Of a stretch of 64,000 bases of DNA, positions 1 to 9,433 are shown in pieces. The notes beneath the pieces are model-generated. The model saw only the letters and a list, made by a program, of their open reading frames with translations, did no database searches and had not been told where the DNA came from. Where the stretch lies: the sequence record PP418985.1, one strand, 5' to 3'. The stretch is from Escherichia phage UPWr_E1. Every line of letters starts with the position of its first letter. The first letter of the stretch is position 1. The translations under genes were made by a program, and so were the position numbers.

Positions 1-2301
1 CGTAGCGTCATCTTCTCCTGCGTCCGTAAGCTGAGTAGTTGCAACTTTCGCGACACCTTTTGTATCTTCGGTTGCATCAAGACCGCTGATCATGATACCC
101 TGCCACAAGTCACCAGTAAGGTTAAGCCCCTGAGTCGGATCTACTTTCAAACGCTGTGCATTCTCAAAGAAGGTTTTAATCTTCAATGGGGTAGAAATGC
201 GAGCATCGTCACGACCTGCGTCAAACTCCGGTTGAGTTGCAATTTCTGCTAAACCGTGTAAAGTTTCAGTTGCACGGCGAGTATGTAGCTTTTTAGGCGT
301 GATGATATGGTTATCACTTTGACCTAAGTTTGTTTCTTCCTGAGTTGCAATTTCAGCGATACCAGTACGGGATTCGGTAGCAGTACGCTTGGTTAACGTG
401 CGAGTAGTGATCAGCAATGCATCTTGCGGGGTTGATTCAGTAGCCCCTTGCACTTCCGCGTCAGTTGCCAGATACCCAACACCACGAGAAGTTTCAGTAG
501 CTTTAACTTCGTTGATGTTTTGCGGAGTAACGATTTTAGCGTGGTCGTTGATGTTATAGATCCCCGTACCAGCTTCACCCCTTCGAGCGGCAGCATTACC
601 GCCTACCTGAACAATTTCAGCGATACCAGCAAGATCCTCGGACGCGCGACGCTCTTCTAACTTCTTAGGAGTGATTGCGCGAGTATCGTCTAAACCTTCG
701 TTGGTTTCATGTTGAGTTGCAATTTCCATCACACCACGACGGTCTTCGGTAGCAACACAGTCATTTAACTTTTTAGGTGTAACGATAACATCATCCAGGA
801 AGCTGGAACCAGTATCTTGATGCGTTTCCGCTTGAGTTGCAATGCGAGCAATACCGCGTCGAGTTTCGTTGGCTGTTTTATTAGCCAGAACCTTTGGAGT
901 CACCGCAACTTCGTCGCTAGGATTATCTTCATGGTTTTTGTTTGTTTCATCCTGGGTAGCCAGTGCAATTACACCAACACGATCTTTACGAGTCGGATCT
1001 ACTCGTTCTACAATCGGGTGAGCATGTGCCACCAACCAGTGTTTCTTACCATCATCACCTTCTGAATAAGAGAACTCCAGATAAGGTACATAATCATTTG
1101 CAGCGTTGAAAGACAATTCAGACACTTCCGTCCATGTATCGGTCCCATTGAATGGGTACTCGCTACGCTTAGGAAACTGAACCATGTTTTTCTGCATAAG
1201 AATTTTTGTATCTTCTGCGGCGGTAATGATTCGGCAGGTCTGGTTTCCGTGCATATACTGCATAGAAACTTGGATACGATCGCCAGGCTCGACGTTAGAC
1301 GGTAAGGTCAGAGTAACATCATGATCACCAAATACAGCAACATAGCTATTAGGAGATAAGCGAGTATCATTAATGATTGGATTCAAGCGAACTGACTGAT
1401 CACCATCCCACACACGCCATAAGTTTTCCGGCTTGTCAAAGATGAATACTCCGTGACCGCTACGCTTACCAACAATTTCTTTTAACCCGAAAGTACCGAT
1501 TGATTGTTCTTGCGCACCTTCATGCACTTTTACCGTAACATGGTTGGTTGCAGTCAATCCGTCAAGGTCGGTAGTCTGAATCATATCACCGTTATTAGCA
1601 AACTTAGGAAGCATCAAAACGATGTTACCTAAAGAACTACGACGGAATACCTGATCACCGTTTTGCATCTGAATCGGATCAATAGACGGCTGTGCATATA
1701 CCCCGCGCGGCTCTGTTCCCGTCTGGTAAACGTGCCAGCGATTGCGAACAAAAATGAAGTAGTTCATTGCATAAGGGGTAGTACAGTACCATTTGCGGTT
1801 GTTTACCACACCGTTATGATAGAACTCATGACCAGCCGCAAGGAACGATAACTCATTAACACCGCACTTGCCACCGATATCTTTCACTGTTATAGTGTCG
1901 CCCTCTGCCGGATTAGTAGGCATTGAGAATGTTAAGTTTGCAAACTGACAGTCCGCTGCGATATAATCACCGGACTTTAAAGGAGTATCGCCGGAAGTTG
2001 CTGCAACATAATCCCAACGTGGGTCCGTGCGCAGTGCTTGCCATTTAGTCGGGTCAAAATCACCTGCTGGCTTTGTGATATCTTCTTTTGCATAATACGG
2101 ACGGTTTTGATAGATTGTAGTTCCGTATTGATCATAACCGCGAGTTGTGTCATACTGAGTAATACCATTATGGTAATTGAAAAATTCAACGTTGACCGCA
2201 TCGGTGTTGACATTCTTATCAGCCAATGCTACATTGACGACCTTTTCATTACCAGCGTCAAAGCCAAATGTGGCCTTGAAATGTTGAGAAAAATCTGCCA
2301 T
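1..2301 (-). CDS. 34: Long tail fiber proximal subunit gp34, N-terminal part; 3' end lies beyond window start
   Basis: Minus-strand start at 2301 with RBS AAGGAG; N-terminus MADFSQHFKA..DAGNEKVVNVALADKNVNTD resembles T4 gp34; frame spot-checked open to position 1; not in ORF track because no stop in window. Confidence 0.75.
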   Translation of the reverse strand, partial: MADFSQHFKATFGFDAGNEKVVNVALADKNVNTDAVNVEFFNYHNGITQYDTTRGYDQYGTTIYQNRPYYAKEDITKPAGDFDPTKWQALRTDPRWDYVAATSGDTPLKSGDYIAADCQFANLTFSMPTNPAEGDTITVKDIGGKCGVNELSFLAAGHEFYHNGVVNNRKWYCTTPYAMNYFIFVRNRWHVYQTGTEPRGVYAQPSIDPIQMQNGDQVFRRSSLGNIVLMLPKFANNGDMIQTTDLDGLTATNHVTVKVHEGAQEQSIGTFGLKEIVGKRSGHGVFIFDKPENLWRVWDGDQSVRLNPIINDTRLSPNSYVAVFGDHDVTLTLPSNVEPGDRIQVSMQYMHGNQTCRIITAAEDTKILMQKNMVQFPKRSEYPFNGTDTWTEVSELSFNAANDYVPYLEFSYSEGDDGKKHWLVAHAHPIVERVDPTRKDRVGVIALATQDETNKNHEDNPSDEVAVTPKVLANKTANETRRGIARIATQAETHQDTGSSFLDDVIVTPKKLNDCVATEDRRGVMEIATQHETNEGLDDTRAITPKKLEERRASEDLAGIAEIVQVGGNAAARRGEAGTGIYNINDHAKIVTPQNINEVKATETSRGVGYLATDAEVQGATESTPQDALLITTRTLTKRTATESRTGIAEIATQEETNLGQSDNHIITPKKLHTRRATETLHGLAEIATQPEFDAGRDDARISTPLKIKTFFENAQRLKVDPTQGLNLTGDLWQGIMISGLDATEDTKGVAKVATTQLTDAGEDDAT

Positions 2302-2329
2302 TATTGGGTCTCCTTTTATAGTATGTTCA

Positions 2330-2337
2330 TATTTATA
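2330..2337 (-). promoter_or_regulatory. T4-type late promoter TATAAATA upstream of gene 34
   Basis: Plus-strand tatttata about 30 nt upstream of the minus-strand start codon. Confidence 0.55.
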
Positions 2338-2375
2338 AAATGAGGCTTGATAGAAACAAAAGAGGATGATATATT

Positions 2376-2561
2376 ATGGTTAAAGTTGATTTGTCAGACG
2401 GTGCAAAATGGATAGTTGACAGAATCCCAGATAAGGATTACAATTATTTCCGTGCCGAATTAAACAATGCAATTCTGCGAGTTATGGAGAAATACGGGTA
2501 TGATCGTGAAGTATCTAACTCGTTTGGCGAATATGTTGTTGTGAGAGTGGAGAGAACTTAA
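2376..2561 (+). CDS. Hypothetical protein, 61 aa
   Basis: ORF with RBS agagga upstream of ATG; no recognisable motif. Confidence 0.45.
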   Translation: MVKVDLSDGAKWIVDRIPDKDYNYFRAELNNAILRVMEKYGYDREVSNSFGEYVVVRVERT

Positions 2562-2563
2562 TT

Positions 2564-3511
2564 ATGACGTATAACCCGTTTACAAAAACTACCGCTACAC
2601 TTAATGATTTCTTCGATGATCCAGAAGATAAACTGCCGGAAGGTGTGCATTTGATTGATATGTCGCAGCTTATGATTGCTACTATCTCGCATACCTTTAA
2701 ACCGGAAGACCCTATTAATGAAGGCATGATTCGTCATCTTATCCTTGACACCATGCGTTATAATATGACAAAATTCAAAGAGCAATACCCAATTACGGTA
2801 CTTGCCTTTGATTCAAGTAAAGGTTACTGGCGACGTGATATCGCACCTTACTATAAACGCAACCGTAAGGAAAAACGAGACGCAGATCCGCGTGATTGGG
2901 AGATGATCTTTGCTGCGATCAATAAGATCACCGAAGAGTTTAAAGAGAACATGCCTTATCACGTTATTAAGGTTGACAAAGTTGAAGCAGATGATATAAT
3001 CGCTGTATTAACTAAAAAGTTTTCTGTAGAAGGTCGCCAGGTGCTGATCAACTCCGGCGATGGTGACTACACACAGTTGCACAAATACAAAAACGTGAAA
3101 CAGTGGGCGCCAGTACAGAAAGCATGGAAGAAATGCAAATATGGTAGCCCTTACAAAGACCTTATGGTAAAATGTGTTAAGGGTGACGCAAAAGACGGTG
3201 TAGCTTCTGTCAAATGTCGTAGTGATTTCATTATCTCACGACTGGAAGGGGAACGAGCTAAACCAATTGCGACCAAATGGTTAGAGCAAATTTTCGATGC
3301 CGAAGATCCAAAGTCTTTGATGACAGAGGAAGAAGCACGACGCTTTGACGAAAACCGCGAACTTATTGATTTCGATTACATCCCAGATGATATTCAGAAT
3401 CAAATTCTGGAGTCATGGGAAAAATCTAAACCAGCACCACGCGGTAAAATTTATAACTATTTTGTAACAAATGCGTTAGTTAAAATGTTGCAGAAAATTG
3501 GTGAGTTCTAA
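2564..3511 (+). CDS. rnh: RNase H / 5'-3' flap exonuclease
   Basis: 315 aa; T4 Rnh-like size and motifs; position next to gene 34 as in T4. Confidence 0.8.
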   Translation: MTYNPFTKTTATLNDFFDDPEDKLPEGVHLIDMSQLMIATISHTFKPEDPINEGMIRHLILDTMRYNMTKFKEQYPITVLAFDSSKGYWRRDIAPYYKRNRKEKRDADPRDWEMIFAAINKITEEFKENMPYHVIKVDKVEADDIIAVLTKKFSVEGRQVLINSGDGDYTQLHKYKNVKQWAPVQKAWKKCKYGSPYKDLMVKCVKGDAKDGVASVKCRSDFIISRLEGERAKPIATKWLEQIFDAEDPKSLMTEEEARRFDENRELIDFDYIPDDIQNQILESWEKSKPAPRGKIYNYFVTNALVKMLQKIGEF

Positions 3512-3521
3512 GGGTTGACAT

Positions 3522-4121
3522 ATGAAAGAACTTGAATTAAAATACTATGCCCATTCGCAGGATGGTGTAGAAACAATCTGTGATTTGTGGGTGGCAATGT
3601 ATGACGGTTATAATATCGTAGATCGAGATAACATATTAAAACACGAATTTTATTATGATACCGAAGATCATGCGCTACGTCAAAAAGGAATTTATGCACG
3701 ACTTGACTGTAGAAAATCAGAGATCATGGTCAAAATGGGTGATAATGAATCTGGACTATTCAACCGAGAGGAAATTACATTTTCAAATTGGGATGAGTTC
3801 GTCCATTTTATTGATAGTCTAGGGGTAAACTCCGACTATATCACTACAATAATGCAAGTAATGACATATCGCAAGTCATTGACTCTAGATATGGATTGTG
3901 GTATAGTGGAAATGTGCAAAGACACTTTCTATTATGGCAAAGTAGGCGAAGGAATTGGCGACACTGCTCATTATGAACTTGAGTTCGAGTTAAAATCAGG
4001 TGATGAAAAAGCACTTGACATTATCCGAGAAATGATGCTAGAATATATCGGCGATGATTTACGTCCTAGCGAAATCTCAAAAGCTGAACGCGGTTTTCAA
4101 TTAATGACGAAAGAGGGTTAA
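3522..4121 (+). CDS. CYTH-like protein (triphosphate tunnel metalloenzyme / class IV adenylate cyclase-like)
   Basis: 199 aa; N-terminal ExExK (MKELELKYY) and C-terminal acidic strand YELEFELK typical of CYTH fold; assignment by motif only. Confidence 0.45.
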   Translation: MKELELKYYAHSQDGVETICDLWVAMYDGYNIVDRDNILKHEFYYDTEDHALRQKGIYARLDCRKSEIMVKMGDNESGLFNREEITFSNWDEFVHFIDSLGVNSDYITTIMQVMTYRKSLTLDMDCGIVEMCKDTFYYGKVGEGIGDTAHYELEFELKSGDEKALDIIREMMLEYIGDDLRPSEISKAERGFQLMTKEG

Positions 4122-4125
4122 TATT

Positions 4126-4401
4126 ATGACTGAACAGAAAAAAGAAAAAGTAGTATTCGATGAAAATGTACACGGAAATACCCTGGCACAACTGATTAAA
4201 GAAGCCAGCGATCAGAAAACCATTCAAGAAGCATATGGCGATAAGATCAAAGAGATCAAACAGCGTGCTAAAGAAGAATTAGGCGTAGATGGTAAAATGT
4301 GGGGCATTCTGTTTAAACTGTATCACCAGCAACAGCGCGAAACCTTCGAAGCAGAACGCGACGAAGCGGTAGAACTCTATGATCGGGTGTTCAATGCTTA
4401 A
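4126..4401 (+). CDS. dsbA: Small protein at the T4 dsbA position (dsDNA-binding late transcription factor-like)
   Basis: 91 aa, size and position between rnh and gene 33/59 as in T4; sequence identity not verified. Confidence 0.4.
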   Translation: MTEQKKEKVVFDENVHGNTLAQLIKEASDQKTIQEAYGDKIKEIKQRAKEELGVDGKMWGILFKLYHQQQRETFEAERDEAVELYDRVFNA

Positions 4402-4648
4402 TGAACATGCGGTAAAAGCCGCGAACAAAACAGCAAACGGTCTTGCAATCGAAAAAATGGTTGTTGAAGAGGGATTGACTTATCTTGAAGCAACAACGCA
4501 GTTTGTAGAGGAAAACTCTATAGAATATGGTCACTATCAGAAATATATTCCGGTGTCCATTATTGACAAGATCACACAAGAATGTATAGTAAATAGAACG
4601 CTCAGGAAGGGAGTGATCGACGAACCGACCAACACTCTCGATATTTAA
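4379..4648 (+). CDS. 33: Small protein at the T4 gene 33 position (late transcription accessory-like)
   Basis: 89 aa (or 84 aa from the ATG at 4394); synteny only. Confidence 0.35.
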   Translation: MIGCSMLNEHAVKAANKTANGLAIEKMVVEEGLTYLEATTQFVEENSIEYGHYQKYIPVSIIDKITQECIVNRTLRKGVIDEPTNTLDI

Positions 4649-4657
4649 GGGGTATGT

Positions 4658-5338
4658 ATGATCAGAAACCGTCTTCCTCCAGATCCAGATATGCGAATTA
4701 ATGCTAAATCTGTGTATATGTTATATTGCATGATGAAAGCTCATATGAACGGGCGTTATGATTGCGTAAAATATAATTGGAGGATGCGGTTATCTGATGC
4801 CGCATTCAATAAACGCAGAGATAAGTATTATTTCGCGAAATTAGCGGAAAAGTACAATCTAAGAGAATTATACTTCCTATTCCTAAGCAATCTGGTAGCT
4901 AATACCGATGCATGGGTAGGTGAAATCACTGATGTTGACGCATACGGATTTTACATGGAGTATATCGGTAAGATCACTGATGCGGCAACAAGATTTGACG
5001 ACGATATCAAAAGTCTGGTATACTTCTCAGAGAAACGCGGGGTTACTCTTAAAGAGCTAATTACATATAATCCCGCAACCGAAACTAGCGGTATCTTTAA
5101 ACTGCTGCAAAATCGGATTATATCGTTTGAGTCGTTTATGTTGTTAGATAGCTTTCTAAATATAATCGACGAACACGACAAGGTAGCCAAAGACTTGATT
5201 TGGCAAACTTATAGTGTTAAAATGAAGGCGTACAAGAAACTACTTGTTATTGACGCCGCAAAAGCAAGAGCATTATTTGTTAAAGTAGTTAAAGAGTGTA
5301 AAGAAATATCTCAATTAAAAGCCGAAACAAATAGTTGA
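4658..5338 (+). CDS. 59: gp59 helicase loader
   Basis: 226 aa; strong resemblance to T4 gp59 (KSVY.LY.M.K.HMNG.YD..KYNW.MR.SDAA..KRRDKY.F.KL.EKY); RBS aagggg. Confidence 0.85.
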   Translation: MIRNRLPPDPDMRINAKSVYMLYCMMKAHMNGRYDCVKYNWRMRLSDAAFNKRRDKYYFAKLAEKYNLRELYFLFLSNLVANTDAWVGEITDVDAYGFYMEYIGKITDAATRFDDDIKSLVYFSEKRGVTLKELITYNPATETSGIFKLLQNRIISFESFMLLDSFLNIIDEHDKVAKDLIWQTYSVKMKAYKKLLVIDAAKARALFVKVVKECKEISQLKAETNS

Positions 5339-5362
5339 CAAGTAAATTTAAATCTGTATAAT
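5335..5362 (+). promoter_or_regulatory. Sigma70-type early promoter upstream of gene 32
   Basis: TTGACA, 16-nt spacer, TATAAT; followed by AT-rich leader. Confidence 0.5.
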
Positions 5363-5398
5363 AGTCTAGTAAATTAATCAAAAGAAGGAATAGTGAAT

Positions 5399-6367
5399 AT
5401 GTTTAAACGCCAAGATTCTTCCAAACTGCAAGCTCAACTGGCCGCACTGAAAGGTGGCAACGGTTTCTCCAAAGAAGATCCGAAAGAGTGGAAGATTAAG
5501 ACTGATGCAGCAGGTAACGGTGAAGCCCTGATTCGCTTCCTGCCGTCTAAAACAGAAGACGGTCTGCCGATTGTGAAACTGGTAAACCATTCCTTCAAAG
5601 TTAATGGTAAATGGTATTGGGAAAACTGCTCAAGCACCCACGGTGATTTTGATTCTTGCCCTGTGTGCAAATATATTAACGAAAAAGATCTGTACAATAC
5701 CGATAAAACCGAATGGCAACTGATTAAGCGTAAGGCATCTTACTACGCAAATATTCTGGTACTGAAAGATCCTCAAGCACCGGAAAATGAAGGTAAAGTA
5801 TTCAAATTCCGCTTCGGTCAGAAAATTTATGATAAGATCGTTGCGATGGTGAACGTGAATACCGATATGGGCGAAGTTCCGGTCGATGTAACTTGTGTGT
5901 TCTCCGGTGCTAACTTCCTCCTGAAAGCTAAGAAGGTTGATAAACACCAGAACTATGATGATTCTCGTTTCATGCAGCAATCACAGCTTCCGAAAATTGA
6001 AGACGAAGCATATCAGAAATATCTGATGGAAAACATGGTTGATCTGGGCGAGATTGTAGCGCCTAGCCAGTTTAAACCGTTCGATGAACTGGAAACCAAA
6101 TTTAAGAAAACTATGGGCGTTTCTATGGTAGCTGGTGCTGCGGCTTCCAGTGCTGCGGCAGCGATTAACAGCCAGCTTGACGATTTTGACGCTGCTTTAA
6201 ATGCATTCGATTCTGGTATTACCGCAGCTAGCACTGTAGTTGGTATTAACGCAGCTAACACGGCGTCAGATTCTTCCGCTGATGATCTGATGGCATCTCT
6301 GGACCTGGGTGGCGGTACTTCCTCCGCTTCTGATCTGGATGACCTGGACTCTCTGTTAGCGATGTAA
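5399..6367 (+). CDS. 32: gp32 single-stranded DNA-binding protein
   Basis: Start MFKRQDSS at the ATG 6 nt inside track ORF 5393; LIRFLPSK, zinc-binding [11 protein letters not shown], acidic S/D-rich C-terminus; T4 gp32-like. Confidence 0.9.
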   Translation: MFKRQDSSKLQAQLAALKGGNGFSKEDPKEWKIKTDAAGNGEALIRFLPSKTEDGLPIVKLVNHSFKVNGKWYWENCSSTHGDFDSCPVCKYINEKDLYNTDKTEWQLIKRKASYYANILVLKDPQAPENEGKVFKFRFGQKIYDKIVAMVNVNTDMGEVPVDVTCVFSGANFLLKAKKVDKHQNYDDSRFMQQSQLPKIEDEAYQKYLMENMVDLGEIVAPSQFKPFDELETKFKKTMGVSMVAGAAASSAAAAINSQLDDFDAALNAFDSGITAASTVVGINAANTASDSSADDLMASLDLGGGTSSASDLDDLDSLLAM

Positions 6368-6378
6368 TGAATTTTACA

Positions 6379-6402
6379 GCCTCCCTTCGGGGAGGCTTTT
6401 TT
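6379..6402 (+). terminator. Rho-independent terminator (UUCG tetraloop hairpin plus T-run)
   Basis: gcctccc-ttcg-gggaggc followed by tttttt. Confidence 0.7.
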
Positions 6403-6429
6403 ATTGCCTAAAAATTTATGAAAAAGGTG

Positions 6430-6457
6430 TTGACATGTTGGCGAGGTAATGTATAAT
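6430..6457 (+). promoter_or_regulatory. Early promoter
   Basis: TTGACA-16-TATAAT then conserved leader catcgaaac and RBS. Confidence 0.55.
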
Positions 6458-6486
6458 GAACTCATCGAAACAACGGAGGATTAACA

Positions 6487-6816
6487 ATGTTTTTGAATGC
6501 TACCCTTTCCCAGAAAAGTGATAAAATCGAACTTCTGTATGTCATTGCTGATGTAGACGTACAACGAAGAAATATAGATTTAAAAATTCACAAATATTAT
6601 ACTATGAGCGAATATCACGAAATCGAGATCCCACATAGTGTGTATCCCGCATTATTGTTAGGAAAAGGAAATCTAAGTGAATATTCTTTGAAAGTCATCA
6701 AAGATTCTAAATCAATGCTTGCTCATATGGAAAAAGATTTTCTTGATGAAGTTTCCGCGCTAGTTATCAAACTGAAAGAAGAAACAGCACCGCTTTTCAT
6801 GGAACAAAAAGGTTGA
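6487..6816 (+). CDS. Hypothetical protein, 109 aa
   Basis: ORF with RBS ggagga; between gene 32 and frd. Confidence 0.55.
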   Translation: MFLNATLSQKSDKIELLYVIADVDVQRRNIDLKIHKYYTMSEYHEIEIPHSVYPALLLGKGNLSEYSLKVIKDSKSMLAHMEKDFLDEVSALVIKLKEETAPLFMEQKG

Positions 6817-6840
6817 CACCGAATACAGATGATGTATAAT
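6813..6840 (+). promoter_or_regulatory. Early promoter
   Basis: TTGACA-16-TATAAT overlapping the stop of the upstream ORF. Confidence 0.5.
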
Positions 6841-6871
6841 ACAAACATCGAAACAAAGAGAGGATTATATT

Positions 6872-7201
6872 ATGTGGACTGTAGAACAAATCGTAGATGG
6901 AACAGTAAGTATTATCTCGTGTGGCACTATTGAAGAATGCCTTAAAGCCGCTAACCGTGAATGTATTACGGTTTATGAAGCCCGTCGCGGTGATGGTACT
7001 GTGTTAACCAGCGACTATCGATATGAACCAAAAATGATTACCTTTCGTTTCTGGGAAAATGGTGTTAATGTTGGGGTATCTCACTTAAAACGTTTTCGTG
7101 ATTATTCTGACCGTTATTTCATCACACCGGATAACGGTCAAGAATTTAAGACAGCAATCACCGAAGAAAATGTAAACGAAAACTTCTTTAAACTGATTTG
7201 A
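6872..7201 (+). CDS. Hypothetical protein, 109 aa
   Basis: ORF with RBS agagagga. Confidence 0.55.
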   Translation: MWTVEQIVDGTVSIISCGTIEECLKAANRECITVYEARRGDGTVLTSDYRYEPKMITFRFWENGVNVGVSHLKRFRDYSDRYFITPDNGQEFKTAITEENVNENFFKLI

Positions 7202-7215
7202 CAGGAGATTATATT

Positions 7216-7797
7216 ATGATTCAATGTGTATTTGCGATTGGTAACACTAAAATGTCGGATGAAAATTGGGCGTTTGGTTTTAAAGGCGGTTTACCGTGGG
7301 GTCGTCCAATCAAAAAAGATATGGAAAACTTTAAAATCCGCACCATTGGTGAGGTTGATTTTGCTGCGGTAGTAATGGGACGTAATACCTTTGAAAGTCT
7401 GCCTAAAGCACTTTGGGGACGTTTGAATGTGGTTGTTAGTACCGATACCAGCAAGCCAGAACCGAAAACAAAAAACGGCGACCAACCCGATGTGTATACC
7501 GCAATTACTAATGATGATGAATTAAAGGATCTGTTAAAAGTCCTGGAGAAAACGCAAGGTTTGGTAAGTGTTATCGGTGGACCTTCCCTGATTGAAAAAG
7601 CGGTTGACTTTGCGGACCGTATTGTGTTAACGTATGTTCAACGTTCAGGAATCAACGATCCATTTGAATATGATGTTGGTATCTCTAAGGAAATGATTCA
7701 TGAATTATATTTTGACTTTGCAACAAAAGAAGAACATAATTACTTCCTTGATAATTACCTGATCAGCGAACAAATTTTAGAACGTAAGAAGGCGTAA
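7216..7797 (+). CDS. frd: Dihydrofolate reductase
   Basis: 193 aa from the ATG after RBS ggaga; DHFR motifs GLPWGRPIKKDMENFK and VMGRNTFESLP. Confidence 0.85.
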   Translation: MIQCVFAIGNTKMSDENWAFGFKGGLPWGRPIKKDMENFKIRTIGEVDFAAVVMGRNTFESLPKALWGRLNVVVSTDTSKPEPKTKNGDQPDVYTAITNDDELKDLLKVLEKTQGLVSVIGGPSLIEKAVDFADRIVLTYVQRSGINDPFEYDVGISKEMIHELYFDFATKEEHNYFLDNYLISEQILERKKA

Positions 7798-7798
7798 C

Positions 7799-7891
7799 AT
7801 GAAAATTCTGACAGATTATGAGTGCAAACATTGTGGTGAATCTTTGATGTTTGCTGGTAGTCGGTGTTTACATTGTGGACGGGAACAATAA
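7799..7891 (+). CDS. Tiny zinc-ribbon peptide, 30 aa (CxxC-x12-CxxC)
   Basis: MKILTDYECKHCGESLMFAGSRCLHCGREQ; start 1 nt after frd stop, stop overlaps next start (TAATG); below ORF-track size cutoff. Confidence 0.3.
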   Translation: MKILTDYECKHCGESLMFAGSRCLHCGREQ

Positions 7892-8160
7892 TGAAAATAA
7901 CCATTATTCAATTATGGTCAGCTACCAGTGAAAACTACGCAGTAGCCGTAGATTATTACGGTTTACAATATCTCTATGATGAAGCTAAAGCGTCATGGCT
8001 TCCAGTACAGGAAAATAGCGACATTTCAAGACCTGTCACTGTATTCGACCCGGGCGTTGTCTTTATCGATATTGACGAGACAGTAGCAAAACTGCGTAAG
8101 AAAGCAATCAACAAGAAAAAGGTGAAGTGGGATGAAAGAATATTTGAAACTGTTGCGTGA
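7891..8160 (+). CDS. Hypothetical protein, 89 aa
   Basis: In-frame ATG at TAATG junction; overlaps td start by 29 nt. Confidence 0.45.
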   Translation: MKITIIQLWSATSENYAVAVDYYGLQYLYDEAKASWLPVQENSDISRPVTVFDPGVVFIDIDETVAKLRKKAINKKKVKWDERIFETVA

Positions 8161-9364
8161 TGTTCTTGATAATGGCTGGCCTCGTGAAGACCGAACGGGT
8201 GTAGGTACGCTCTCTAAATTCGGCGCAGAGATGCGAATCGATTTAAGCAAGGGTTTCCCCTTACTGACCACTAAAAAGATGGCTACAGCCTCTGTAATTG
8301 GCGAGTTGCTATGGTTTATGGAAGGGTCACTTGACCGCCGTCGCTTACAGGAAATTACACGCGGTAAGTTTGACGAAGAAGCCTTTGATATTTGGCGCGG
8401 TAACTGTCTTGATATGAAAGAAAAGAATCCTTTGCGATTCAATGGTTATAATGTCGGCAATATGTATGGTATGGCATGGCGACGCAAACCGATTCATCCA
8501 CACGGGGAAGTCAAAATTAAGCGCGTTAAAAGCAAATACACGCATACATTTAAGCACCCGTGGGTAGAAGACTTTACGCCAACCAATGACACAGAAGACC
8601 GTTTATGTGCTATCTGGCGTGGTATGCGTTATGAAGAGTTTGATTCTGAATATAATCTATTCTTAGTAGCAGACCACTGGAAGACTCAATCTAATTTTGT
8701 TAATGATGCATATTGCTTGTGGGGATTCCAGGAATGGGTAGATGATGGTTATTTCGGTTATCTGCTTGATAGTGATTATCTGGGTGGGGATATGTTCGCA
8801 CCGGATACCACGATCTTTGTTAGTATGGACGTAGACACATCAAGCCATAAAGACGATGAAGAATATGTCTATCGCCCGAAGATTTGGGAAGACCAGTTAC
8901 AAAACGTGATTGAACAAATTAAAAACAATCCAACGGATCGCCGGATCATTATTGACTCATGGAACGTACAAGGAACACATAATGCTGTATTGGGTGTATG
9001 TCATCCGTTCGTACAATTCTACGTCAATGAAGGTAAACTGTCTTGTATGTGGTTTCAGCGAAGCGTAGACAGCTTTTTGGGCTTGCCCTTTAACGTCGCC
9101 AGCTATGCGCTGTTAACTCACATCATAGCGAAAATGTGTGATCTTGAGGTAGGAGAACTGATTTTCTCTGGTGGAGATACTCACATTTACAAAAACCATT
9201 TTGATCAAGTTACGGAACAGTTAAGCCGTGTTCCTTTTGATAAACCAACAATTGAGTTGCCGGAATTTAAATCTTTAGATGAGGTATTGACAAAGACTCC
9301 GAAAGACTTTAAAATTCACAACTATCAAAGCCATCCAGCAATCACCGCTCAAATGGCAGTATAA
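8132..9364 (+). CDS. td: Thymidylate synthase with large internal insertion
   Basis: 410 aa; motifs DRTGVGT, LWFMEG, catalytic Cys in LGVCHPFVQFYV, DRRIIIDSWNV, QRSVDSFLGLPFNVASYALL; about 120 extra residues between the YG.AWRR and DQLQ motifs; no intron. Confidence 0.85.
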   Translation: MKEYLKLLRDVLDNGWPREDRTGVGTLSKFGAEMRIDLSKGFPLLTTKKMATASVIGELLWFMEGSLDRRRLQEITRGKFDEEAFDIWRGNCLDMKEKNPLRFNGYNVGNMYGMAWRRKPIHPHGEVKIKRVKSKYTHTFKHPWVEDFTPTNDTEDRLCAIWRGMRYEEFDSEYNLFLVADHWKTQSNFVNDAYCLWGFQEWVDDGYFGYLLDSDYLGGDMFAPDTTIFVSMDVDTSSHKDDEEYVYRPKIWEDQLQNVIEQIKNNPTDRRIIIDSWNVQGTHNAVLGVCHPFVQFYVNEGKLSCMWFQRSVDSFLGLPFNVASYALLTHIIAKMCDLEVGELIFSGGDTHIYKNHFDQVTEQLSRVPFDKPTIELPEFKSLDEVLTKTPKDFKIHNYQSHPAITAQMAV

Positions 9365-9433
9365 ACAAAGGGGGTCGAAAGCCCCCAATATGGAGGATAA
9401 ACTTGTTCCTGCTAAAATATGAAGTGAGGTAAT

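Noticed and set aside
200-1000. Recurring motif (c)ttgagttgcaat... about every 110-120 bp, superficially like a repeat array
   Set aside because: The copies lie in-frame inside the gene 34 coding region and correspond to repeated peptide motifs of the tail fiber shaft; spacing and sequence are not CRISPR-like.
5434-6465. Minus-strand ORFs overlapping gene 32
   Set aside because: Antisense to a well-supported gene, with no translation signals; likely spurious.
8460-8840. Extra segment in td considered as a group I intron or intein
   Set aside because: The reading frame is continuous with no stop codons, and the segment lacks intein Cys/Ser and His-Asn boundary residues.
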